Part shown: piece after piece, positions 51,222 to 64,000 of the stretch
Layout of the letters: each line of letters begins with the position of its first letter
Numbering within the stretch: the stretch's first letter is position 1
Assembly (NCBI RefSeq): GCF_009914755.1
Contig: NC_060941.1
Reading direction: 5' to 3' (one strand)
Length of the DNA stretch: 64,000 bases
DNA from: the human T2T-CHM13v2.0 reference genome, Homo sapiens
Made by a program: the position numbers and the translations under genes
The notes under the pieces: generated by a model
The model's database searches: none
Told to the model about the DNA's origin: nothing
What the model saw: the letters and a program-made list of their open reading frames with translations, nothing else

Positions 51222-54200
51222 CATTCTCAGAAACTTCTTGGTGATGTTTGCATTCAAATCCCAGAGTTGAACCTTCCTGTGATAGTTCAGGTTTGAAACA
51301 CTCTTTTTGTAGGATCTGCAAGTGGATATTTGGACCACTCTGTGGCCTTCGTTCGAAACGGGTACATCTTCACATAAAATCTAGACAGAAGCCTTCTCAG
51401 AAACTTCTCTGTGATGATTGCATTCAACTCACAGATTTGAACCCTCCTATGGATAGAGCATTGTTGAAACTCTCTTTTTGTGGAATCTGCAAGTGGATAT
51501 GTGGACCTCTCCGAAGATGTTTTTGGAAACGGGAATATCTTCACATAAAAACTAAACAGAAGCATTCTCAGAAACTTCTCTGTGATGTTTGTGTTCAACT
51601 CCCAGAGTTTCACATTGCTTTTCATAGAGTAGTTCTGAAACATGCTTTTCGTAGTGTCTGCAAGTGGACATTTGGAGCGCTTTCAGGCCTGTGGTGGAAA
51701 ACGAATTATGGTCCCATAAAAACTGGAGAGAAGCATTGTCAGAAACTTCTTTGTGATGATTGCATTCAACTCACAGAGATGAAGGTTCCTTTACAAACAG
51801 CAGTTTCCAAACACTCTTTCTGTGGAATCTGCAAGTGGATATTTGGACCTCTTTGAAGATTTCGTTGGAAACGGGAGAATCTTCACAGAAAAGCTAAACA
51901 GAAGCATTCTCAGAAACTTCTTTGTGATGCTTGCATTCAACTCACAGAGTTGAACTTTCCTTTCGAGAGAGAAGCTTTGAAACACTCTTTTTCCAGAATC
52001 TGCAAGTGGACATTTGGAGGGCTTTGAGGCCTGTGGTGGAAAAGGAATTAACTTCCCGTAAAAGCTAGATAGAAGCATTCTCAGAAACTACTTTGTGACG
52101 ATTGCATTCAAGTCACAGAGTTGAACATTCCCTTTGACAGAGCAGTTTGGAAACTCTCTTTGTGTAGAATCTGCAAGTGGAGATATGGACCGCTTTGAGG
52201 CCTATGGTAGTAAAGGAAATAGCTTCATATAAAAGCTAGACAGTAGCATTCACAGAAAACTCTTGGTGACGACTGAGTTTAACTCACAGAGCTGAACATT
52301 CCTTTGGATGGAGCAGTTTCGAAACACACTATTTGTAGAATGTGCAAGTGGATATTTGGGCCTCTCTGAGGATTTCGTTGGAAACGGGATAAACCGCACA
52401 GAACTAAAAAGAAGCATTCTCAGAACCTTCTTCGTGATGTTTGCATTCAACTCACAGTGTTGAACCTTTCTTTGATAGTTCAGGTTTGAAACGGTCTTTC
52501 TGTAGAAACTGCAAGTAGATATTTGGACCTCTCTGAGGATTTCGTTGGAAACGGGATAAACCGCACAGAACTAAAACAGAAGCATTCTCAGAACCCTCTT
52601 CGTGATGTTTGCATTCAACTCACAGTGCTGAACCTTTCTTTGATAGTTCAGCTTTGAAACACTCTTCTTGTAGAAACTGCAAGTGGATATTTGGTCCTCT
52701 CTGAGGATTTCGTTGGAAACGGGATAAACCGCACAGAACTAAACAGAAGCATTCTCAGAACCTTCTTCGTGATGTCTGCATTCAACTCACAGTGTGGAAC
52801 CTTTCTTTGATAGTTCAGGTTTGAAACACTCTTTTTGTAGAAACTGCAAGGTGATAATTGCACTTCTTTGAGGCCTACCGTAGTAAAGGAAATAACTTCC
52901 TATAGAAAGAAGACAGAAGCTTTCTCAGAAAATTCTTTGGGATGATTGAGTGGAACTCACAGAGCTGAACATTCCTTGCGATGTAGCAGTTTAGAAACAC
53001 ACTTTCTGCAGAATCTGCAAGTGCATATTTGGACCTCTCCGAGGAATTCGTTGGAAACGGGATAATTTCAGCTGACTAAACAGAAGCAGTCTCAGAATCT
53101 TCTTTGTGATGTTTGCATTCAAATCCCAGAGTTGAACTTTCCTTTCAAAGTTCACGTTTGAAACACTCTTTTTGCAGGATCTACAAGTGGATATTTGGAC
53201 CACTCTGTGTCCTTCGTTCGAAACGGGTATATCTTCACATGGCATCTAGACAGAAGCATTCTCAGAAGCTTCTCTGTGATGACTGCATTCAACTCACGGA
53301 GTTGAACACTCCTTTTGAGAGCGCAGTTTTGAAACTCTCTTTCTGTGGCATCTGCAAGGGGACATGTAGACCTCTTTGAAGATTTCGTTGGAAACGGAAT
53401 CATCTTCACATAAAAACTATACAGATGCATTCTCAGGAACTTTTTGGTGATGTTTGTATTCAACTCCCAGAGTTGAACTTTCCTTTGGAAAGAGCAGCTA
53501 TGAAACACTCTTTTTCTAGAATCTGCAAGTGGACGTTTGGAGGGCTTTGTGGTTTGTGGTGGAAAAGGAAATATCTTCACCTAAATACTAGATAGAAGCA
53601 TTCTCAGAAACTGCTTTGTGATGATTGCATTCACCTCACAGAGTTGAACATTCCTATTGATAGAGCAGTTTGGAAACACTCTTGTTGTGGAATGTGCAAG
53701 TGGAGATTTGGAGCGCTTTGAGGCCTATGGTAGTAAAGGGAATAGCTTCATAGAAAAACTAGACAGAAGCATTCTCAGAAAATACTTTGTGATGATTGAG
53801 TTTAACTCACAGAGCTGAACATTCCTTTGAATGGAGCAGGTTTGAGACACACTTTTTGTAGAATCTACAAGTGGATATTTGGACCTCTCTGAGGATTTCG
53901 TTGGAAACGCGATAACTGCACCTAACTAAACGGAAGCATTCTCAGAAACTTCTTGGTGATGTTTGCATTCAAATCCCAGAGTTGAACCTTCCTTTGATAG
54001 TTCAGGTTTGAAACACTCTTTTTGTAGGATCTGCAAGTGGATATTTGGACCACTCTGTGGCCTTCGTTCGAAACGGGTACATCTTCACATAAAATCTAGA
54101 CAGAAGCCTTCTCAGAAACTTCTCTGTGATGATTGCATTCAACTCACAGATTTGAACCCTCCTATGGATAGAGCATTGTTGAAACTCTCTTTTTGTGGAA

Positions 54201-57200
54201 TCTGCAAGTGGATATGTGGACCTCTCCGAAGATGTCTTTGGAAACGGGAATATCTTCACATAAAAACTAAACAGAAGCATTCTCAGAAACTTCTCTGTGA
54301 TGTTTGTGTTCAACTCCCAGAGTTTCACATTGCTTTTCATAGAGTAGTTCTGAAACATGCTTTTCGTAGTGTCTGCAAGTGGACATTTGGAGCGCTTTCA
54401 GGCCTGTGGTGGAAAACGAATTATGGTCCCATAAAAACTGGAGAGAAGCATTGTCAGAAACTTCTTTGTGATGATTGCATTCAACTCACAGAGATGAAGG
54501 TTCCTTTACAAACAGCAGTTTCCAAACACTCTTTCTGTGGAATCTGCAAGTGGATATTTGGACCTCTTTGAAGATTTCATTGGAAACGGGAGAATCTTCA
54601 CAGAAAAGCTAAACAGAAGCATTCTCAGAAACTTCTTTGTGATGCTTGCATTCAACTCACAGAGTTGAACTTTCCTTTCGAGAGAGAAGCTTTGAAACAC
54701 TCTTTTTCCAGAATCTGCAAGTGGACATTTGGAGGGCTTTGAGGCCTGTGGTGGAAAAGGAATTAACTTCCCGTAAAAGCTAGATAGAAGCATTCTCAGA
54801 AACTACTTTGTGATGATTCCATTCAAGTCACAGAGTTGAACATTCCCTTTGACAGAGCAGTTTGGAAACTCTCTTTGTGTAGAATCTGCAAGTGGAGATA
54901 TGGACCGCTTTGAGGCCTATGGTAGTAAAGGAAATAGCTTCATATAAAAGCTAGACAGTAGCATTCACAGAAAACTCTTGGTGACGACTGAGTTTAACTC
55001 ACAGAGCTGAACATTCCTTTGGATGGAGCAGTTTCGAAACACACTATTTGTAGAATGTGCAAGTGGATATTTGGGCCTCTCTGAGGATTTCGTTGGAAAC
55101 GGGATAAACCGCACAGAACTAAACAGAAGCATTCTCAGAACCTTCTTCGTGATGTTTGCATTCAACTCACAGTGTTGAACCTTTCTTTGATAGTTCAGGT
55201 TTGAAACGGTCTTTCTGTAGAAACTGCAAGTAGATATTTGGACCTCTCTGAGGATTTCGTTGGAAACGGGATAAACCGCACAGAACTAAAACAGAAGCAT
55301 TCTCAGAACCCTCTTCGTGATGTTTGCATTCAACTCACAGTGCTGAACCTTTCTTTGATAGTTCAGCTTTGAAACACTCTTCTTGTAGAAACTGCAAGTG
55401 GATATTTGGTCCTCTCTGAGGATTTCGTTGGAAACGGGATAAACCGCACAGAACTAAACAGAAGCATTCTCAGAACCTTCTTCGTGATGTCTGCATTCAA
55501 CTCACAGTGTGGAAGCTTTCTTTGATAGTTCAGGTTTGAAACACTCTTTTTGTAGAAACTGCAAGGGGATAATTGCACTTCTTTGAGGCCTACCGTAGTA
55601 AAGGAAATAACTTCCTATAGAAAGAAGACAGAAGCTTTCTCAGAAAATCCTTTGGGATGATTGAGTGGAACTCACAGAGCTGAACATTCCTTGCGATGTA
55701 GCAGTTTAGAAACACACTTTCTGCAGAATCTGCAAGTGCATATTTGGACCTCTCTGAGGAATTCGTTGGAAACGGGATAATTTCAGCTGACTAAACAGAA
55801 GCAGTCTCAGAATCTTCTTTGTGATGTTTGCATTCAAATCCCAGAGTTGAACTTTCCTTTCAAAGTTCACGTTTGAAACACTCTTTTTGCAGGATCTACA
55901 AGTGGATATTTGGACCACTCTGTGTCCTTCGTTCGAAACGGGTATATCTTCACATGACATCTAGACAGAAGCATTCTCAGAAGCTTCTCTGTGATGACTG
56001 CATTCAACTCACGGAGTTGAACACTCCTTTTGAGAGCGCAGTTTTGAAACTCTCTTTCTGTGGCATCTGCAAGGGGACATGTAGACCTCTTTGAAGATTT
56101 CGTTGGAAACGGAATCATCTTCACATAAAAACTATACAGATGCATTCTCAGGAACTTTTTGGTGATGTTTGTATTCAACTCCCAGAGTTGAACTTTCCTT
56201 TGGAAAGAGCAGCTATGAAACACTCTTTTTCTAGAATCTGCAAGTGGACGTTTGGAGGGCTTTGTGGTTTGTGGTGGAAAAGGAAATATCTTCACCTAAA
56301 TACTAGATAGAAGCATTCTCAGAAACTGCTTTGTGATGATTGCATTCACCTCACAGAGTTGAACATTCCTATTGATAGAGCAGTTTGGAAACACTCTTGT
56401 TGTGGAATGTGCAAGTGGAGATTTGGAGCGCTTTGAGGCCTATGGTAGTAAAGGGAATAGCTTCATAGAAAAACTAGACAGAAGCATTCTCAGAAAATAC
56501 TTTGTGATGATTGAGTTTAACTCACAGAGCTGAACATTCCTTTGGATGGAGCAGGTTTGAGACACACTTTTTGTAGAATCTACAAGTGGATATTTGGACC
56601 TCTCTGAGGATTTCGTTGGAAACGCGATAACTGCACCTAACTAAACGGAAGCATTCTCAGAAACTTCTTGGTGATGTTTGCATTCAAATCCCAGAGTTGA
56701 ACCTTCCTGTGATAGTTCAGGTTTGAAACACTCTTTTTGTAGGATCTGCAAGTGGATATTTGGACCACTCTGTGGCCTTCGTTCGAAACGGGTACATCTT
56801 CACATAAAATCTAGACAGAAGCCTTCTCAGAAACTTCTCTGTGATGATTGCATTCAACTCACAGATTTGAACCCTCCTATGGATAGAGCATTGTTGAAAC
56901 TCTCTTTTTGTGGAATCTGCAAGTGGATATGTGGACCTCTCCGAAGATGTCTTTGGAAACGGGAATATCTTCACATAAAAACTAAACAGAAGCATTCTCA
57001 GAAACTTCTCTGTGATGTTTGTGTTCAACTCCCAGAGTTTCACATTGCTTTTCATAGAGTAGTTCTGAAACATGCTTTTCGTAGTGTCTGCAAGTGGACA
57101 TTTGGAGCGCTTTCAGGCCTGTGGTGGAAAACGAATTATGGTCCCATAAAAACTGGAGAGAAGCATTGTCAGAAACTTCTTTGTGATGATTGCATTCAAC

Positions 57201-60200
57201 TCACAGAGATGAAGGTTCCTTTACAAACAGCAGTTTCCAAACACTCTTTCTGTGGAATCTGCAAGTGGATATTTGGACCTCTTTGAAGATTTCATTGGAA
57301 ACGGGAGAATCTTCACAGAAAAGCTAAACAGAAGCATTCTCAGAAACTTCTTTGTGATGCTTGCATTCAACTCACAGAGTTGAACTTTCCTTTCGAGAGA
57401 GAAGCTTTGAAACACTCTTTTTCCAGAATCTGCAAGTGGACATTTGGAGGGCTTTGAGGCCTGTGGTGGAAAAGGAATTAACTTCCCGTAAAAGCTAGAT
57501 AGAAGCATTCTCAGAAACTACTTTGTGATGATTCCATTCAAGTCACAGAGTTGAACATTCCCTTTGACAGAGCAGTTTGGAAACTCTCTTTGTGTAGAAT
57601 CTGCAAGTGGAGATATGGACCGCTTTGAGGCCTATGGTAGTAAAGGAAATAGCTTCATATAAAAGCTAGACAGTAGCATTCACAGAAAACTCTTGGTGAC
57701 GACTGAGTTTAACTCACAGAGCTGAACATTCCTTTGGATGGAGCAGTTTCGAAACACACTATTTGTAGAATGTGCAAGTGGATATTTGGGCCTCTCTGAG
57801 GATTTCGTTGGAAACGGGATAAACCGCACAGAACTAAACAGAAGCATTCTCAGAACCTTCTTCGTGATGTTTGCATTCAACTCACAGTGTTGAACCTTTC
57901 TTTGATAGTTCAGGTTTGAAACGGTCTTTCTGTAGAAACTGCAAGTAGATATTTGGACCTCTCTGAGGATTTCGTTGGAAACGGGATAAACCGCACAGAA
58001 CTAAAACAGAAGCATTCTCAGAACCCTCTTCGTGATGTTTGCATTCAACTCACAGTGCTGAACCTTTCTTTGATAGTTCAGCTTTGAAACACTCTTCTTG
58101 TAGAAACTGCAAGTGGATATTTGGTCCTCTCTGAGGATTTCGTTGGAAACGGGATAAACCGCACAGAACTAAACAGAAGCATTCTCAGAACCTTCTTCGT
58201 GATGTCTGCATTCAACTCACAGTGTGGAAGCTTTCTTTGATAGTTCAGGTTTGAAACACTCTTTTTGTAGAAACTGCAAGGGGATAATTGCACTTCTTTG
58301 AGGCCTACCGTAGTAAAGGAAATAACTTCCTATAGAAAGAAGACAGAAGCTTTCTCAGAAAATCCTTTGGGATGATTGAGTGGAACTCACAGAGCTGAAC
58401 ATTCCTTGCGATGTAGCAGTTTAGAAACACACTTTCTGCAGAATCTGCAAGTGCATATTTGGACCTCTCTGAGGAATTCGTTGGAAACGGGATAATTTCA
58501 GCTGACTAAACAGAAGCAGTCTCAGAATCTTCTTTGTGATGTTTGCATTCAAATCCCAGAGTTGAACTTTCCTTTCAAAGTTCACGTTTGAAACACTCTT
58601 TTTGCAGGATCTACAAGTGGATATTTGGACCACTCTGTGTCCTTCGTTCGAAACGGGTATATCTTCACATGACATCTAGACAGAAGCATTCTCAGAAGCT
58701 TCTCTGTGATGACTGCATTCAACTCACGGAGTTGAACACTCCTTTTGAGAGCGCAGTTTTGAAACTCTCTTTCTGTGGCATCTGCAAGGGGACATGTAGA
58801 CCTCTTTGAAGATTTCGTTGGAAACGGAATCATCTTCACATAAAAACTATACAGATGCATTCTCAGGAACTTTTTGGTGATGTTTGTATTCAACTCCCAG
58901 AGTTGAACTTTCCTTTGGAAAGAGCAGCTATGAAACACTCTTTTTCTAGAATCTGCAAGTGGACGTTTGGAGGGCTTTGTGGTTTGTGGTGGAAAAGGAA
59001 ATATCTTCACCTAAATACTAGATAGAAGCATTCTCAGAAACTGCTTTGTGATGATTGCATTCACCTCACAGAGTTGAACATTCCTATTGATAGAGCAGTT
59101 TGGAAACACTCTTGTTGTGGAATGTGCAAGTGGAGATTTGGAGCGCTTTGAGGCCTATGGTAGTAAAGGGAATAGCTTCATAGAAAAACTAGACAGAAGC
59201 ATTCTCAGAAAATACTTTGTGATGATTGAGTTTAACTCACAGAGCTGAACATTCCTTTGGATGGAGCAGGTTTGAGACACACTTTTTGTAGAATCTACAA
59301 GTGGATATTTGGACCTCTCTGAGGATTTCGTTGGAAACGCGATAACTGCACCTAACTAAACGGAAGCATTCTCAGAAACTTCTTGGTGATGTTTGCATTC
59401 AAATCCCAGAGTTGAACCTTCCTGTGATAGTTCAGGTTTGAAACACTCTTTTTGTAGGATCTGCAAGTGGATATTTGGACCACTCTGTGGCCTTCGTTCG
59501 AAACGGGTACATCTTCACATAAAATCTAGACAGAAGCCTTCTCAGAAACTTCTCTGTGATGATTGCATTCAACTCACAGATTTGAACCCTCCTATGGATA
59601 GAGCATTGTTGAAACTCTCTTTTTGTGGAATCTGCAAGTGGATATGTGGACCTCTCCGAAGATGTCTTTGGAAACGGGAATATCTTCACATAAAAACTAA
59701 ACAGAAGCATTCTCAGAAACTTCTCTGTGATGTTTGTGTTCAACTCCCAGAGTTTCACATTGCTTTTCATAGAGTAGTTCTGAAACATGCTTTTCGTAGT
59801 GTCTGCAAGTGGACATTTGGAGCGCTTTCAGGCCTGTGGTGGAAAACGAATTATGGTCCCATAAAAACTGGAGAGAAGCATTGTCAGAAACTTCTTTGTG
59901 ATGATTGCATTCAACTCACAGAGATGAAGGTTCCTTTACAAACAGCAGTTTCCAAACACTCTTTCTGTGGAATCTGCAAGTGGATATTTGGACCTCTTTG
60001 AAGATTTCGTTGGAAACGGGAGAATCTTCACAGAAAAGCTAAACAGAAGCATTCTCAGAAACTTCTTTGTGATGCTTGCATTCAACTCACAGAGTTGAAC
60101 TTTCCTTTCGAGAGAGAAGCTTTGAAACACTCTTTTTCCAGAATCTGCAAGTGGACATTTGGAGGGCTTTGAGGCCTGTGGTGGAAAAGGAATTAACTTC

Positions 60201-63200
60201 CCGTAAAAGCTAGATAGAAGCATTCTCAGAAACTACTTTGTGATGATTGCATTCAAGTCACAGAGTTGAACATTCCCTTTGACAGAGCAGTTTGGAAACT
60301 CTCTTTGTGTAGAATCTGCAAGTGGAGATATGGACCGCTTTGAGGCCTATGGTAGTAAAGGAAATAGCTTCATATAAAAGCTAGACAGTAGCATTCACAG
60401 AAAACTCTTGGTGACGACTGAGTTTAACTCACAGAGCTGAACATTCCTTTGGATGGAGCAGTTTCGAAACACACTATTTGTAGAATGTGCAAGTGGATAT
60501 TTGGGCCTCTCTGAGGATTTCGTTGGAAACGGGATAAACCGCACAGAACTAAACAGAAGCATTCTCAGAACCTTCTTCGTGATGTTTGCATTCAACTCAC
60601 AGTGTTGAACCTTTCTTTGATAGTTCAGGTTTGAAACGGTCTTTCTGTAGAAACTGCAAGTAGATATTTGGACCTCTCTGAGGATTTCGTTGGAAACGGG
60701 ATAAACCGCACAGAACTAAAACAGAAGCATTCTCAGAACCCTCTTCGTGATGTTTGCATTCAACTCACAGTGCTGAACCTTTCTTTGATAGTTCAGCTTT
60801 GAAACACTCTTCTTGTAGAAACTGCAAGTGGATATTTGGTCCTCTCTGAGGATTTCGTTGGAAACGGGATAAACCGCACAGAACTAAACAGAAGCATTCT
60901 CAGAACCTTCTTCGTGATGTCTGCATTCAACTCACAGTGTGGAAGCTTTCTTTGATAGTTCAGGTTTGAAACACTCTTTTTGTAGAAACTGCAAGGGGAT
61001 AATTGCACTTCTTTGAGGCCTACCGTAGTAAAGGAAATAACTTCCTATAGAAAGAAGACAGAAGCTTTCTCAGAAAATTCTTTGGGATGATTGAGTGGAA
61101 CTCACAGAGCTGAACATTCCTTGCGATGTAGCAGTTTAGAAACACACTTTCTGCAGAATCTGCAAGTGCATATTTGGACCTCTCTGAGGAATTCGTTGGA
61201 AACGGGATAATTTCAGCTGACTAAACAGAAGCAGTCTCAGAATCTTCTTTGTGATGTTTGCATTCAAATCCCAGAGTTGAACTTCCCTTTCAAAGTTCAC
61301 GTTTGAAACACTCTTTTTGCAGGATCTACAAGTGGATATTTGGACCACTCTGTGTCCTTCGTTCGAAACGGGTATATCTTCACATGACATCTAGACAGAA
61401 GCATTCTCAGAAGCTTCTCTGTGATGACTGCATTCAACTCACGGAGTTGAACACTCCTTTTGAGAGCGCAGTTTTGAAACTCTCTTTCTGTGGCATCTGC
61501 AAGGGGACATGTAGACCTCTTTGAAGATTTCGTTGGAAACGGAATCATCTTCACATAAAAACTATACAGATGCATTCTCAGGAACTTTTTGGTGATGTTT
61601 GTATTCAACTCCCAGAGTTGAACTTTCCTTTGGAAAGAGCAGCTATGAAACACTCTTTTTCTAGAATCTGCAAGTGGACGTTTGGAGGGCTTTGTGGTTT
61701 GTGGTGGAAAAGGAAATATCTTCACCTAAATACTAGATAGAAGCATTCTCAGAAACTGCTTTGTGATGATTGCATTCACCTCACAGAGTTGAACATTCCT
61801 ATTGATAGAGCAGTTTGGAAACACTCTTGTTGTGGAATGTGCAAGTGGAGATTTGGAGCGCTTTGAGGCCTATGGTAGTAAAGGGAATAGCTTCATAGAA
61901 AAACTAGACAGAAGCATTCTCAGAAAATACTTTGTGATGATTGAGTTTAACTCACAGAGCTGAACATTCCTTTGGATGGAGCAGGTTTGAGACACACTTT
62001 TTGTAGAATCTACAAGTGGATATTTGGACCTCTCTGAGGATTTCGTTGGAAACGCGATAACTGCACCTAACTAAACGGAAGCATTCTCAGAAACTTCTTG
62101 GTGATGTTTGCATTCAAATCCCAGAGTTGAACCTTCCTGTGATAGTTCAGGTTTGAAACACTCTTTTTGTAGGATCTGCAAGTGGATATTTGGACCACTC
62201 TCTGGCCTTCGTTCGAAACGGGTACATCTTCACATAAAATCTAGACAGAAGCCTTCTCAGAAACTTCTCTGTGATGATTGCATTCAACTCACAGATTTGA
62301 ACCCTCCTATGGATAGAGCATTGTTGAAACTCTCTTTTTGTGGAATCTGCAAGTGGATATGTGGACCTCTCCGAAGATGTCTTTGGAAACGGGAATATCT
62401 TCACATAAAAACTAAACAGAAGCATTCTCAGAAACTTCTCTGTGATGTTTGTGTTCAACTCCCAGAGTTTCACATTGCTTTTCATAGAGTAGTTCTGAAA
62501 CATGCTTTTCGTAGTGTCTGCAAGTGGACATTTGGAGCGCTTTCAGGCCTGTGGTGGAAAACGAATTATGGTCCCATAAAAACTGGAGAGAAGCATTGTC
62601 AGAAACTTCTTTGTGATGATTGCATTCAACTCACAGAGATGAAGGTTCCTTTACAAACAGCAGTTTCCAAACACTCTTTCTGTGGAATCTGCAAGTGGAT
62701 ATTTGGACCTCTTTGAAGATTTCGTTGGAAACGGGAGAATCTTCACAGAAAAGCTAAACAGAAGCATTCTCAGAAACTTCTTTGTGATGCTTGCATTCAA
62801 CTCACAGAGTTGAACTTTCCTTTCGAGAGAGAAGCTTTGAAACACTCTTTTTCCAGAATCTGCAAGTGGACATTTGGAGGGCTTTGAGGCCTGTGGTGGA
62901 AAAGGAATTAACTTCCCGTAAAAGCTAGATAGAAGCATTCTCAGAAACTACTTTGTGATGATTGCATTCAAGTCACAGAGTTGAACATTCCCTTTGACAG
63001 AGCAGTTTGGAAACTCTCTTTCTGTAGAATCTGCAAGTGGAGATATGGACCGCTTTGAGGCCTATGGTAGTAAAGGAAATAGCTTCATATAAAAGCTAGA
63101 CAGTAGCATTCACAGAAAACTCTTGGTGACGACTGAGTTTAACTCACAGAGCTGAACATTCCTTTGGATGGAGCAGTTTCGAAACACACTATTTGTAGAA

Positions 63201-64000
63201 TGTGCAAGTGGATATTTGGGCCTCTCTGAGGATTTCGTTGGAAACGGGATAAACCGCACAGAACTAAACAGAAGCATTCTCAGAACCTTCTTCGTGATGT
63301 TTGCATTCAACTCACAGTGTTGAACCTTTCTTTGATAGTTCAGGTTTGAAACGGTCTTTCTGTAGAAACTGCAAGTAGATATTTGGACCTCTCTGAGGAT
63401 TTCGTTGGAAACGGGATAAACCGCACAGAACTAAAACAGAAGCATTCTCAGAACCCTCTTCGTGATGTTTGCATTCAACTCACAGTGCTGAACCTTTCTT
63501 TGATAGTTCAGCTTTGAAACACTCTTCTTGTAGAAACTGCAAGTGGATATTTGGTCCTCTCTGAGGATTTCGTTGGAAACGGGATAAACCGCACAGAACT
63601 AAACAGAAGCATTCTCAGAACCTTCTTCGTGATGTCTGCATTCAACTCACAGTGTGGAACCTTTCTTTGATAGTTCAGGTTTGAAACACTCTTTTTGTAG
63701 AAACTGCAAGGGGATAATTGCACTTCTTTGAGGCCTACCGTAGTAAAGGAAATAACTTCCTATAGAAAGAAGACAGAAGCTTTCTCAGAAAATCCTTTGG
63801 GATGATTGAGTGGAACTCACAGAGCTGAACATTCCTTGCGATGTAGCAGTTTAGAAACACACTTTCTGCAGAATCTGCAAGTGCATATTTGGACCTCTCT
63901 GAGGAATTCGTTGGAAACGGGATAATTTCAGCTGACTAAACAGAAGCAGTCTCAGAATCTTCTTTGTGATGTTTGCATTCAAATCCCAGAGTTGAACTTT
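51222..64000 (+). repeat. Four canonical 16-mer HORs (H20-H23) plus partial H24
   Basis: Exact 2715-bp spacing of landmarks 51248, 53963, 56678, 59393, 62108. Confidence 0.95.

Larger units (their letters stand above)
1..64000 (+). repeat. D17Z1: Centromeric alpha-satellite HOR array, D17Z1-type (human chr17, SF3, 16-mer)
   Basis: Seen: ~171-bp monomers with alphoid motifs (CATTCTCAGAAACT, TGCATTCAACTCACAGAGTTGAAC, CENP-B box TTTCGTTGGAAACGGGA), an exact 2715-bp period (ORF track recurs at 172, 2887, 5602...), and one GAATTC per unit (1968, 4683, 7398...). Known: a 2.7-kb EcoRI 16-mer with 15- and 14-mer variants is the described D17Z1 organisation. Alpha-satellite identity is near certain; the D17Z1 assignment is by recognition, not database search. 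Confidence 0.95.

Noticed and set aside
1-64000. CRISPR-like array of conserved motifs with intervening sequence
   Set aside because: The intervening sequences are themselves homologous monomer parts, not unique spacers; no cas genes; this is primate satellite DNA.
1-64000. Hidden non-satellite insert (L1/Alu, inversion, unique DNA)
   Set aside because: Every inter-landmark distance is 2715, 2544 or 2377 bp, leaving no room for an insertion, and orientation is constant throughout.
1-64000. Alternative identity as DXZ1, D11Z1, D1Z7 or D17Z1-B
   Set aside because: Their described unit sizes or monomer organisation (12-mer, 5-mer, dimeric, 14-mer respectively) do not fit a dominant 16-mer 2.7-kb EcoRI unit with an internal triplet.

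Overview
The whole 64 kb is one uninterrupted, single-orientation alpha-satellite higher-order repeat (HOR) array. Monomers of 167-171 bp are organised into a 16-monomer, 2715-bp unit with one EcoRI site per unit and a pentamer-derived (suprachromosomal family 3) layout. This matches human chromosome 17 centromeric D17Z1. The window holds 21 complete 16-mers, one 14-mer (2377 bp), one 15-mer (2544 bp) and partial units at both ends; no 13-mer is present. Each HOR carries 7 intact CENP-B boxes, 3 degenerate B-type boxes and 6 A-type monomers. I found no genes, RNA genes, transposon insertions, inversions or CRISPR arrays; all listed ORFs are by-products of the repeat. I see no previously undescribed biological system. 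The interesting signal is fine-scale array evolution: both variant HORs break in the same quasi-palindromic 18-19 bp motif without losing an intact CENP-B box, and rare SNVs reveal nested multi-HOR duplications at 2.5, 2.7, 8.1, 10.9, 19.0 and 32.4 kb offsets. HORs are numbered H1-H24 with starts 146, 2861, 5576, 8291, 11006, 13721, 16436, 18813, 21528, 24243, 26958, 29673, 32388, 35103, 37818, 40533, 43248, 45963, 48678, 51222, 53937, 56652, 59367, 62082. SNV lists were read by eye and may be incomplete.
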